Of a stretch of DNA of 64,000 bases, positions 26,909 through 39,736 are shown in pieces. Source of the DNA: Podarcis tiliguerta (lineage: Eukaryota); assembly GCA_965153285.1 (NCBI GenBank), contig OZ229112.1; one strand, 5' to 3'. Within the stretch, counting starts at the first letter, position 1. Every line of letters begins with the position of its first letter. Made by a program: the position numbers and the translations under genes. The notes beneath the pieces were generated by a model that worked only from the letters and a program-made list of their open reading frames with translations, made no database searches and was not told where the DNA came from.

Positions 26909-27309
26909 GTTCGTTAACATCATCATCATCATTTTTATTTGTATGCCACCTTTCCACAGTTAAAAAACCAATGCTCAAGGCGGCTTACAGCATGACAAGA
27001 TTTACATAATTACAAAAGTCATAAACAATAAATAAACCACATCAAATGAGATGAGATGATATTGAGGGCCTAGATTCTATGAATGGGTGGGTGAGAATAG
27101 CTGCATATTTATAGACTATGCCAGTTATTTGAATTTTTTAAGATATCAAATGCCATGTGATTGACAGTAGATTGTGTATGTGTTTACCAGTGAGTGATTC
27201 ACACGTTGTAAATTAATGCTTCTGTGTGAAATTTATGTAGGGAAAATACATATATTTCTCCAACCTTTGTGTATTTTTCTTGACCGTGCCACAGTTTCAG
27301 ACAGGCTTA

Positions 27310-27565
27310 GGGTTCACCCACACTTCTATATGCCCTGCTGCTTTCCCCTGGAGAAATTGGCAGTTTAGTGCTGAAACAGAACAAACGGCAAAACCTGATT
27401 GCCATTTGTTCCATTTAGCACTAAAGGGTGGGTTTTCCAGGGGAAAGTGACAGGGCAAAGCTGCTTGGATCCATGCTTTCCAGGCATGGAAACTGAATTA
27501 GCTAGGCAAGCAGATAACTGCTTGGACCCGTGCTTTCTAGGCACAGGACAAGTATGGATGAGCCC
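27310..27565. mobile_element. PIF/Harbinger-like MITE (256 bp) with internal palindrome
   Basis: TTA on both flanks; TIR GGGTTCACCCACACT / AGTATGGATGAGCCC (12 of 15 match); a related right end lies near 47790-47840. Confidence 0.7.
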
Positions 27566-28073
27566 TTACTTTGGGGGGGGGGTTGTTTCAGACTCAACAA
27601 GAGAGTCCCAACAGGAGTTCTGTAAAGTTGTAAAAGGACTGGCAGTGATCTTTGGAAGCATTTTATCTCAATGACTGTTGAGGGATTACTGCAAGCTTTA
27701 CTTTTCATAGTGCATGTCGTTTATGTTTGTGATGTTTATAGTGGCACTAGTGATCATACTATCCTGGTTACCTGTTTAGTTCTCCACCCTCAAGAATCCC
27801 TTGTTGTCAAGGGATTATTATTATTATCAAGGGGTTATTATTTTAGGCTGCAATACTATTATTTTCCAAGCTGGTGGTCTTCAATAAACTCATCAGCTAA
27901 CAAGCTCCAGTGAAGAATAATGTTTAATAAAACATCTCAAATTGCAATAGGGTCCATTTTCCTATAACATAATGTTTCTCCTTGATTGAAATAACATCAA
28001 CCAAAATCCTAGTTAGAAGCCACTCAAAGACACGGATTTTAATAACTTTTGTTTGTTTGTTTGTCTTCTGCAG

Positions 28074-29548
28074 GCAATCACATTGAGCAACTTCAGTCAA
28101 CTTATGTTAGTTCCCATCAGTTCCAGCAAATGTCTAAGGACTTTCAGGCCTGGTTGGACAAAAAGAAGGAAGAACAGAATCAGCCTTGTCCCATCTCTAC
28201 CAAGCTGGAGTCTCTGTGGACATTAATTGATGATCAGAAAGAGTTCAAGGCTGTCCTGACTGACCAGACTGGTTCTTATGAAAAAATCATCACAGAAGGC
28301 GAAAGTTTACTCCAAAAGACTCAGGGAGCAGAGAAGGCTGAGCTGCAGGCCCAGCTGAACTTGCTCAGAGGTAACTGGGATGAAATGAACAAGCAAGTTA
28401 AAGAAAGGCAAGATAAATTAAATGATTGTTTGGAAAAAGCCCTTAGATACAGAGAGCATGTAGAAAACCTACAACCCTGGATAGCGAAATGCCAAAGCAA
28501 TATCTCTCAAATAGAAATGAGCATAGATCCTGCTCGGCTGGAGAATTCCATCGCTCAGGTGAAGAGCTGGCAGAAGGACCTAGACAAACACCAAGGGTTG
28601 GTGGAGCTATTAAGTAATGCAGCTGAGACATTACTCAGTGCCTGTCAAACAGACAAAGACATTATTGAAGAAGAGAAGACACTGCTGATCCAGAACATGG
28701 ATATAGTCACAGAACAACTGCATGCTAAGAGAGATGGTCTGGAAAAGATGTCTCAGAGACTGAAAGAGTTTCAAGAGTCATCAAAGGATGTTGAAGAGCA
28801 GCTGAAGAATGCCAGGGAACAGCTGGAAACACACGATTCTCTCAAACCCCAGACTTACAGTAACAAACACTTGACGATTATGCAGGCTCAGCAGAAAACA
28901 CTCCAGGCCGTGAAGGCTCAAGTGGACCTTACAAAAAAGCTTGCCCAAGAATTGGTGGCAGATGCTTCAGATTCATCAGGTGTCTCTGACCTCTTGTTGC
29001 AGGCAGAAACGTTAGAAGAAGAATTCAGCACCATCAGTCAGCAGGTTGAAGATAAATGTTCATTCCTGGAGACTAAACTCCAGGGAATCGGCCATTTCCA
29101 AAACAGCATCCGAGAGATGTTTTCTCAGTTTGCAGAGTTTGACGATGAATTGGACAGCATGGATTCTGTGGGTAGGGATCTTGTCACACTGCAGTCACAG
29201 CAAAAGGATATAAAAACTTTCCTGAAAAAGTTGGAGGAACTCATAACCAGTAATGAAAATGCAAATAATACCTGCAAAATGATGCTAGCAAATGAAGCTG
29301 AAGCTTCTCCAGATCTTGCAGGTATAAAAAGGGACTTGGAGGCTTTAAATAAGCAGTGCAACAAGTTGCTAGACAGAGCAAAAGCCAGAGATGAACAGAT
29401 TGAAGGGACTATTAGTCGCGTTGAAGAGTTCTACAGTAAACTAAAGGAGTTTTCTAAACTGCTTGGGGAAGTTGAAGAGCATGAAGAGTCACAGGGTTCT
29501 GTTGGAATGGAAATTGAGACGATAAATCAGCAGCTGAACGTATTTAAG
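28074..29548 (+). CDS. DST: Dystonin large exon A18, (G)NHIEQL...QLNVFK
   Basis: ttctgcag acceptor, AAG|gtaaga donor, 1475 nt, phase 1-0; [34 protein letters not shown] as in recalled DST. Confidence 0.96.
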
Positions 29549-30367
29549 GTAAGAAGGACCTTTCTGAGTTTTTAGAATTCTGTATTGTAAAATGAAAACT
29601 AACTGTAAGAATATTGTGACGTGAGCTCCTTAGTAGTCTAGACCCCCAAGGAAAAGTGATTGGGTTGGCCCTCCTTTTTCAGCTTATAGATCATGTGTTG
29701 TAAGCCAGTCAGTTTCTTAAGAATTGTGTTCAAAGTCATTTTTCATGTTTCCCAACAGAGGGTGCTTTTTGCCTATTTTAAGACGAGTGAGATCTAATAT
29801 AACATACATCCCACCCAATGCATTCCCGTCTTGAGATCTAAAGCTTTATTAATAAGCAAGTTTTGTTTGTTTGTTTATGAATTCCAATGCTTCCTCTAAT
29901 TTCAACGGAGAAACGTAATTGCTGCAAAATAGTTACATCATAACATTTTTATTTGCCTTGTAATGAATAAGACTTGAGTTGTCCAACAGGAAGTGATATC
30001 ACATGCTCCTTTGGTTTGGGGGTCCTTGGAATTTACAAGTAATTTGAGGGTTGTGGTCTGAAGTTGTATGAAGTGTTCTCAGCTCAGCGTTCTCATGAAG
30101 CAATTTAGAAACTGAGAAGATGGTCTTCTCTTTGGTCAAAAGTTATTAGAGAAGCATTCTTAAGTTGTTTTAAAACAGAATGTCCTGCATTTTGCTTTGA
30201 AGATCTCCAGCAAAGCTGAGCTTCTTCGGTTCTCCTCTCTTCTCCTCTCCCACAGCTGCCATGATTAATGGTAATTTTTAAATGGTAATTTAGTGCAAAT
30301 ACACTAAATCATGCTTCCATTCAAGCACGCAGAAGGGTTGTCAACTGCAGCTTTTGTTATTCAGAGC

Positions 30368-30502
30368 AAACTTTTCCAAACTTGGATCTCCAGCTATTGT
30401 TAAACTACAATTCCTATCATCCCTGACCACCAATCCTGCTAGCTAGAGATGATGGGAATTATAGTCCAACAACAGCCAGAGACCCAAGTTTGGGAAACAC
30501 TG
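30368..30502. mobile_element. Short palindromic hAT-like MITE; related copies near 210-337, 1130-1192, 10630-10750, 13440-13565, 53945-54063, 56503-56628
   Basis: ttccaaacttggatctc...gagacccaagtttgggaa inverted ends; ctacaattcctatcatc/gatgatgggaattatag core shared by the dispersed copies. Confidence 0.65.
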
Positions 30503-33500
30503 CCCTAGAGCTTAACTAACACAGTTCAATTTACTAAAAAAGTTGGGATTCTTTAAGAATCTTTACATTTCCTTTGCTTCCCATTGTTACTATACTGCCT
30601 GGCTGAGAAGGCTCAGTGCTTCTGTGGCAAGAGAGCCTTCTCATGAACAGATTGCTGAATGATGGGATAGAATGAGGGCAGAAGCAGCCCTGAACTTTCC
30701 CCACCTCCACACCCATTCAGAATATAGCCATAATCTTTCCCTGAGAGCAAGACAAAGCACAATGAACACAGCCTCCAGCATCCCACGCCCCAGAGGCATT
30801 GCACAGGCATGCAGGAAGAAATAGATCCTGCTCTGAGTAGTGTGTTCATATCAAACAATTCCAAATAAAAGACAATGGGGAGAGGAACTGAAGAAGCAGC
30901 AATTCAACTGTCCTCTCTGACAGCTGGTGCTTATATATGTATTTGCGGCAGATATTTATTTCAGTTACTACGTGCACCATATGAAGAGCCAGCCCTCCTG
31001 TGACAGAGTTAAGGTGAGGTCAAACAGAGTCCTGGGCGAGGTCCAAAAAGATTAGCTTTCATTCCTGGGGATTGTCCCAAGAGTCATGACATGGGATCAT
31101 GCCAGGCATTATGCAGCCAAGAGGTTTCATCCAAACCTGGTTCTCAGGATCAAGAAAAGTACTGATCAATTAGTCAGGGCAAAACAAAGAAGTGTGGAGG
31201 TGAGCTAAGGCAAAGGCAACAGGCCATTGGCTGTGCATTTGTTCTGCTGAAGCATAGTTCTGGTTTCTGTCTTGTAACCCCGGCCCTCATCCAAGAAAGC
31301 TGTCTGGCAGAATTTATTTTAATATCCAGTGTGCCTAAGATAAACTCAGTGGCTGAAAGCAAAAGAAACAATCCTGCCTTGGGCACTAGGTGCTAACTTC
31401 CATTCCATAATGAACTTTCATCTCCTAAGATGGCACAGAAGGGAAGCACACCACTAGGTCCTCTTGCCTGCTAAACACCAGAATCAGTAGAGTAAAGGCA
31501 TATAAAGGCCTGAGCAAATGAAACATTATTTACCTGGCATACAAAAAATAACAGAAGGAGCCCTTCTGAACCAAAGATGGGGCTCCCCTGATGAAAAAGC
31601 CCTGTTTCAGGTTATCAGACAATAGTACCTGAAGAGATATAACAGTGGGCAGTGGAAGCAATCACTTTTTAAGGTACACTTGCTTCCAAGATGGGTTTTT
31701 TAAACTTGAAAATCATAAAAAGTACTTAAAGGATTGCTTTCTCCTATGTATTTCTTTCAGTGATCAATCAACGTCAGAGGTCTTGCTTTGCATCTCCCCA
31801 ACAGCACATATGCAGTGGGTGAGAACAATGAACAGGGCAATATCAGTTAAGGCACCAGTGCTCTGGACTGCCCTGCCCAGGAAAGCTTGTCTGGACCCAC
31901 CATTGTGTACATTTCACAAGCTCTTTAAGGGCTCTTTTGCAAACCCTTTGACTGAAGGTAGCTGATGGCTGTTAGCAGATCTCTCTGCTACTGTGATGAT
32001 AGTGGTTGTGCTACTACCATTTGTTTTTCTGTATTGTTTTACTGGCTTTTCTTTTTAAAAAGAAATGTGACAGGCTTTCCTTGCCATATAACAATGCAAG
32101 GTATCCCCCAGATAAATATGGGATGAACAGACGTTTGAGAATTTCCTCTGTCTTTCTCCACCACATCCTTGAAAGGGGATCAATGATATCCCTGAGGAGC
32201 TGTAGTCTGTGCAATCTACTGGCCCGTTCAGGCTTTCTTTTTGTAATTTGCAGTAAGAATTGGAACAATTCTGTAATTTGTAATTCTGTATTTGTAATTA
32301 TTACTTCATTTTATAATGTATATGGAACAGTTAGAACAAGAGACAAAAAATAAAAGGATGAAAAACAAAACTATAAAATAGGAATGTAGAATGAGTTAAA
32401 ATAACAAAGTAAAGACTTTCAACTTCACCAGATAATCTGTAGTTGCAGATTTGCCAGGCATGTGACAAAGGTTGTCTTGAAAATTATGGTGCCGCTATAT
32501 ATGTCATAAAGCAATGCCAAATCGTATCAAAAGTGTAAGATTTGGGCTGTTTTCTATTGAGTTGCAATTACTATTCATGCTGTCAAGATCATATATAAAA
32601 CTAGTTCTTTTGACAATATATATTTACATTGGTATCATCAAAAATATTCAGTAACATTAATTTTGGACAACAAACAATATTTTCTTTAGTGATATTTATC
32701 ATTTCTCTCAAAATTAAATTAAATTTTGCACCAACTGACATTCCCGCTATAAATGATAATATGTGCCAAGTTTATTGCAAACCCTCTAACAGTCAGGTGA
32801 TATAGAATAAAATATTTTTGACATTTGCAAAGGCTTGCAACGCCATCTGTGTAACATTTTTAAGTTTTCCCTAAGGAAACCAGAAACAGATTTTTAGGGT
32901 CATGATGCCCAAGTTTTATTCCAGTCCTTGGGAATAATTTGTGTGCCAATATCCAGTTCCCATATCTTTTTAAGGGGTGGCATAGATCCATAAGTTACAT
33001 TGAGCAATGTAGAGTACAGTTTAGAAACTAACCCTTTCTCCCCTCTACCCATTGTGCTTAATAATTTTTCAGATGGTGTTAAGGGTCTTAGAGCTTGTGT
33101 TTTTACATGTTCTTTTTAAAATAAAACTATGAATTTAATTAAAATAAATCCAGTTTGTGTTAAGTTAAGCCTTCTTTCTCTATGACAGTTTTCACATTTT
33201 TTTCTTAATTTCGCAAGTAAACGCTGCACTTTTTTGGTTTGGACTGCAACAAGCTCTTTCTGTGTCTGATTGTGTTTTGGGAACGTCTGACTTGGAGAAC
33301 TGGTGTTTCAATACGTTTGTGTGTATTGGGGTACTGTATATTTATTTATTATTTATTACATTGTATATCCCACCTTGCCTCTAAAGAGATCAAGGCAGCA
33401 TAAAGCTTCCCCCCTCTCCATTACCCTCACAACAGCCCCATAGGCTAGGCTGAGAATTGGTGACTAGCCCATAGTCACCCAGTGAGCTTCATGACCAAGT

Positions 33501-33628
33501 GGGAATTTGAAGCTTGTTCTCCCATGTCCTAGCATGACACTCTGATTTATTTATTTGTTTATTTATGAAAACACTCAGCATGTTCATTCCATGTACATTT
33601 TATCTAGAGCATCTTTGGGTTGTATTCA

Positions 33629-33727
33629 CTTAGTCATGCTTAGAGTAGACCCACTGGAAATGAACAGGACTTAAATCATTTCTAAAGCCCTGTTGATTTC
33701 AATGGATCTACTCTAAGCACGACTAAG
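33629..33727. repeat. Palindromic MITE-like repeat (hairpin); relative near 17160-17265
   Basis: cttagtcatgcttagagtagacccactggaaatgaacagg pairs with cctgttgatttcaatggatctactctaagcacgactaag. Confidence 0.7.
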
Positions 33728-36700
33728 TCTGGATCCAATTTGCTTGGCAGAATGTGTTCATCACATGCAACAATGCATTTTGGCAACAGTCGCACACAAA
33801 GCTTCACAAATCCCTGTTGTTGGACTACAAAGATTAGTCTCTTTCTTTGTCTTTAGCATCCGATTCAGGTTATGTGAGGGCAACGTGAATGGGTTTAATA
33901 GCACACTTCTGAAGGTCCTTTCGGAAGGACCTCTCTTTTTCTTGAAGATATGCACCTATGTTTGCAATAAGAAGAAAAACAGAGCTTTGTATTATTATTT
34001 CTATGAACCATTCTATGAATGGTTACAATTGGGTGGGGGTGGGAACCAATGGCTAAAATGTTTAGATTTGAAAGATAGTTAAATTGATCTTTTAATCTGC
34101 TCCTTGATGATACCTGATGGGTATTTTTATATGTTTTATTACAAATACTGTGTGTTTTAAATTTTGTTTTCCCTCTCTGATTCTTTGGGGGACGTTAGCG
34201 GGTTATTCTTGTGTTTATTTTGATTATGTATTTTATGTTTTTATGTTTTATGTTTTTGTGTTTATTTTGATTATGTATTTTATGTATTTTATGTATTTTA
34301 TGACCTGTGGGTATAAGGCGGTATATTAATTAATTAATTAATTAATTAATTATATTATATTATTCCTGATAATCCGTATTATCTGTTTTTATATATTTAA
34401 ATGCATTTTAAACCATGCTTCATTTACAAATAGGAATATGAAAAGTGGTTCGCATTATCCACTTTATCCAATAATAAGTCAACAGTCAACCGCAAAATTG
34501 TAAATTTTTCTCACAGTATATGCCTTTTGAGATGATGGTGTGGGCTTCTTTCAGACAGTGACCTGGTTTTCATGCCACACTAAGACAAACAATCTCTTAG
34601 TGCAAGTGTGCTGTTCCCAGAGAGGAGATAATGGTCATCTTGCTGCTCCTCAGTTGTTTTGCTGCTACACCAGACTGAGCTAAGCCATGGTTTGACTTAG
34701 CCTGTCATCTTAACTTGGGCTTGTGGCATGTCTCTCTCCACCATAATCATGATCTGTAACCAAGGTGTTTCCTGTGGATGACCACCATTTGAGGCAGAGA
34801 CCTAGCTTTTTGGTCTCCGTTCCTTGTTTTAGCAGTAAGCTACGGTGAGGGGTTGAGGGTATGTGTGTTGCTATTGTCCATAACTGCACCATCTCCTTTA
34901 CTAGCAAATCTCTTGATCCTGGGACAGGCTATCAGAGGGTCTGTACCTGGTGCTTGACCAAAGAAGCAGACTAGGGATGCTGCTGGTCGATCAATTACCC
35001 TGTTGCCCAGCAGCATGCTTGATCAAGCTGGTCAAGGTAGTCTCTGGACTATTTCAATATCCATTAGAGGCTGCCACTGTATTGGCTGAGCTCAAGACTT
35101 AAGGCCTTCATTACAACCATGCAGCTCTCTCAAATGGTCATTGGTCCAACACATCATTTAGGAGACACCCTTGATGTAGTCTTTGCCCCAAATGACATGA
35201 GGGATGGACTGAGGTTGGGTGTGGAAGTTCACTGCTTTGTCATGGTCCAATCATTACATGGTATAGTTTAGATTGGTAGCAACAATTTCCTGACTGGGAG
35301 CTGCCATTAGAAGTTTTGCGGCCAGGTACCATCAGTATGCTGGTGTCACTCAGCCATAACATCTGAATTAGGAGCAATTGTGCATGCCTTGGAACAGTGT
35401 CTGGACCCAGTTTTTAGCTTATTGATGTTTTTACTTGTTTTGAATGTTATAAATACTTATTTTTAGTGATTTTTTTTTCTGTTATTGTTACTGGATTATT
35501 CTTTTTGTAAACCGCTTTGAGGTTTTATTATAATCAATGGTATATAAATGTTGTGAAATAAACAAACGAATATACATGACGTGCAAAGCAGACTACTAAG
35601 TAATAGTAAAGTAATAAAGTTCAAGTGGTAGTCCCAAGCTCATTGGAGGAAGGGAATAGCAAATTGGAATTGCGACTAGTGACTCTTCTTTGAAATCATT
35701 ACCAAGAACGATGGTCCATAGGCATATATTTTTACAATTAACAGTAGTCAGTCCACTTTTAACGAGTATTGCTTTTGGGTAGCTGAGAAGAAGATTGTCT
35801 GCTTGTGGTTCTTATATCTTATCTATCGGTATTTACATAGAGAAAAGAGGATTTTGTTTTGTGTTCAGAAATCCTACCCAAGAACAAATCTTCCAGTGTT
35901 TCCAATCAAAGCTCCATTTTCAGTTACTTACAGTAGCTGGCATATTGTATTTCATGGTGTTTCTCTTTCATTCTCTCACTTTCATTCAGTTTTATTGTAG
36001 ACCTTTGTGCTTTAAAGAAAGTACGCATTGAATGAACGTGGGCAAAAGAAAAAATCAGCAGATGAACTTGCTTTACTTGGGTTACACCATGCCCATTTCC
36101 TCACAAAGAGCCAACCAGCTAAGATGATCCTGAAAAACAAAAGCCCTTGTTTAGTTTGTATTTTGCTGAACATTTTAATGAGCTACTTCATGCTAGGGTG
36201 GGGTTGTGGGGAAGCAGCGTTCAATCTCTGCCACGTAATTACAATCCTTGAAATGTCTGCAAAATATTTCAGCCATAAACCTGCCACACTCTTTATTCAT
36301 TCTTTTATTTATTAAAGCACATGGATTTATGTCAGTTTCTATCACTGAATGGCTCATTAAATCCCCTCACCCATTTAGACCATTACTAGATGCGGAAAGG
36401 GTCGTTTCAGTATATTTCCAGTGTTCAGATGTATGTCAAGAGGTGCCTTCTAATTGCACTTCATAGGAGATCTGGGCCCGGATGAATATTCCAGTTGATG
36501 AGCTTGAACTAATATTTAAATTGGTTTAGGTCGGTGTCGTAGATGGTGGCCTCTTACCTTGTTGATTGAATCAGTGCAATGTGTTAACTCTTCCCTGAAG
36601 TACATGGTTACTTTTCACAGGCGCCTTCAACTTCAATATTTGCATCTGTTTTGCAGCTTAAATATAAAATGAAAAAAAGAATAATAATTTATTATCACTA

Positions 36701-38994
36701 CATTAAAGAAAAAACTCAACATACATTTGGGGTGGCTACCTGCATACAGACCTTATCCTTTGTCCAGAGCCTTCTGTATATTCTAATGCTCACATGGAGC
36801 TCCTTTACAGATGGTCTTCCCCATTCATTTAAATGGAAGGAGTAGCTGCGTGTGTCAGTTCAGGTGCTGCCTTGGACATGTACAGTGCCTGTTCAACAAA
36901 TCCATGCTCAGCTGACTATAAATACATTCTGGGTTGGGAGTGACAGACTTCCTTTAAAGGAAGGTCTTAAGATTCATTGTCATTCCAGTACTGACCCATT
37001 TTGCTGCTTGAAGCAGAGCCCAAATAGTGTCTCCTGCCCCCTATCCAGGGCCACTGTTTTGAAAACACTTGCTGCACTTTATTTGGGAATAACCTTTGTG
37101 GCACACAATAAGATTTAGTTTGGAGTAGTGAATATGTATGGCAATGGACTGCCAGAAACTTCATTCCTGTCTGCAACTATCCCTTCTTATAGTGCTGCCT
37201 TCCCAAGGGAGGGGAACTTTTTCCGCTGTAGTTTTTGTATATGGTTTGTTGTGACTGCAGCTTGTGGTATGAAACATTGTCTTTTTAGTGGGTCATGATT
37301 GTTGTTAACAACGTGGGCATTTTTATATGTAGATATGCTGGTATACATATGGCAAATAAATTAACAATCCACCAGCCTTTAGAAATGAGCTGCTCTCCTT
37401 GCTCTGTATTATTTTTACTCTCCTTAGTGCTTTAGCTCTTTATTTTATTAAAAATATAATATGCCTTCCATCTAAATAGATCCAGAAACAAATAAGTAAA
37501 ACTACTCATGCTATTACCTCAATATAGTGTGGTTTTTAGGAGTACTGTACTGGGTGAGATTTTTGAAAAGTTGCAGCACTTCTTTGCATGTTGGGATTTG
37601 CAGTTGTCTGAGAGCCAGGAAGTGTAAAAAAATATCAAGCAAATCCCTTTTCATTGGATTAACTGGATTGTGAATGAAGAATGCATTCTGTAGTCATTCA
37701 GAGAGACCAATTTGCCGGCTAAATCCCTAATTATAGAATATAATGTACATGTGTTACAAATATAGAGCAAAGGATGCAATCCTATGGAGATTTTTCATGG
37801 GGCTTGCTCAGAAGTAAGATCTGGCTGTTAATTAAAATTGATTTATGGTGATGGTGGAAAGTAATTCAATTTGATTGAATTCTTATTATACAGCTGGTTA
37901 GTTTAGTTTATAATGCTACATACCATTAAAAGTGACCATCCACTATATTCAGATTCCTGTTACACTGCATAATTTGTAAGTACTGGATTATTATTTTTGT
38001 TATGAAGCAGAATAAGTGCAGTTTGTCAGTGTTTTAGAAGGGTCCTGGGTAGTCTGGTCCATATTTGTATGGTGTCAGGTTACCCGGTTAAGCAATATGT
38101 AGTACATTTTTGACATTTTGAACTAATTAGCACCGGTTTTTCCATTCTGCTTGTGAGCCACCACCCACCCACCCTCTTTTCCTCCAGAATTACAGAGCAC
38201 AGACTCCGATATGCAGGAGTGCTGCAGACAGGAACTTGCTCCTTTGTGCACCTCCCCCTGAAAAGGCTCAGCCTCATTCAGAGACAAGACAAACAGTAAA
38301 AGTGAAAGATGGCTAAGTAAAGTCATGTGGGGCAGGAAGCGTAAGGGGGAAGAGCTAAGAGGTCAGGCACCTCCTAATGCTCGGTTGGAATAATACTCAG
38401 GGAACGAATGCGATAGGAGCAGATGTTGCCTAAAGAATAGCAAAGGGCGTTTCTTTTAAGCTCACTATTGGGAGGGATGCCTGTCAGACCATAAGAAACC
38501 AGGGAGAGCCGGAAAGCTTATCAGCTGCGCTGGGCAGGACATGTGAGCGTTTATTGTTGTGAGCTCTTTTTAATGCCTTCTTCGCTACAGCTGCGCTTCA
38601 AGACGGAGATGAAAACAGTGACCACGCTCTTGTAGCCACCGTTTATGCAAAAAAAAAAGTCCTGCTGAATTTAAACAGAATGTGAATCTGTTGTGCCTTT
38701 GTGCCGGAGTGGAGGAAGAAATGCTCTAGTTTCCTGCTGTGTTGCCTTAAAACAGGGCAACAACTTTCAAGGAATGTGTTCTGCGAGAGAAACTGGGGGG
38801 AAAGTTTCTTTTTCTACTAATTCTGTTCCGTTGCTTTTTTGTATTATTATTATTTCATTGGTCTGGCTCCTCAGAAAACTGTTGTGTTTCCCATGGAACT
38901 TCTGAACTCACCACAGAGAAGCTTTAAGGAAGCAAGGAATAAACTGCCTTTTGAATCGAGGTTATTTATAGCTGCTGCCAAAAAAGGGGGAAAG

Positions 38995-39033
38995 CTTCTT
39001 CTTCTTCTTTTATTATTATTATTATTATTATTA
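38995..39033. repeat. Compound (CTT)n(ATT)n microsatellite
   Basis: read directly from the sequence. Confidence 0.9.
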
Positions 39034-39736
39034 CAACTCTGGATGTACCTTTGTTTTTCCTGAAGCCTTTCTCTGTGCCTTGGTCTCCACAGTCCACAGC
39101 TCTTCTGGTTTGTTTTTCTTCAAAAGCGTCCACAACATGGCTTATTTATAAAGGAGATGGAATTCTGCAAGCCATTTAAATGGATTACAGTTAATCTGTC
39201 ACCTCCTGAATATAGCGTGCTGCCTGCTATAATGCTGATTCATTTTGAAGACTTAATCTGGAGATTTAAGACACACATTTTGACCTAAAAATCGAAATGA
39301 AATGCTATGTGGGAAGTTCTGAGTCTTTTGAGCCACTTAAAGATTTTCCTGGGGTTTGGGGGTTTGTACATTTTGTTGGTGTCTTTGTGCGTTGAGTTAG
39401 TATTTTAAAATATTAAAAGGTGTGGGGGTTTTTTTTGTTTCCCCTCTCCCCACCCACCCCCTTCAGCTCAAGCACTTTATATTTTAGGGGCAGGGGGAGA
39501 AATGTTTTAAATCACAGCCAGGTAAACTTACACAGATGCACTGATTACGACCTTAACCGCCTCATAAATTATTTCCTGTGTTTTAGTATGTAAGCATCTT
39601 TCTGCTGAGGGCAAGTTTACTGTACTTTTTAAAAACTGCTTTTCTATTACTTTATTTTAATTTTTACTTTATGTGTGTTGCGTGTCTCCAATAAGGTAGC
39701 CTAGCAGCAGTGCTAGATCTGTTAATTCCTGCAGAA

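Noticed and set aside
30604-30643. 11-bp perfect stem TGAGAAGGCTC/GAGCCTTCTCA
   Set aside because: Short, with no other support; plausible by chance in 64 kb.
34117-34365. Hydrophobic 70-aa ORF (possible membrane peptide)
   Set aside because: Translation of T-rich low-complexity LINE-tail-like sequence ending in (TTAA)n.
39710-39736. ORF-track start (MLDLLIPAE) for the 470-aa ORF
   Set aside because: It begins at a GTG and overlaps a splice-acceptor-like tract. The Kozak ATG at 39737 matches the recalled homologous N-terminus.
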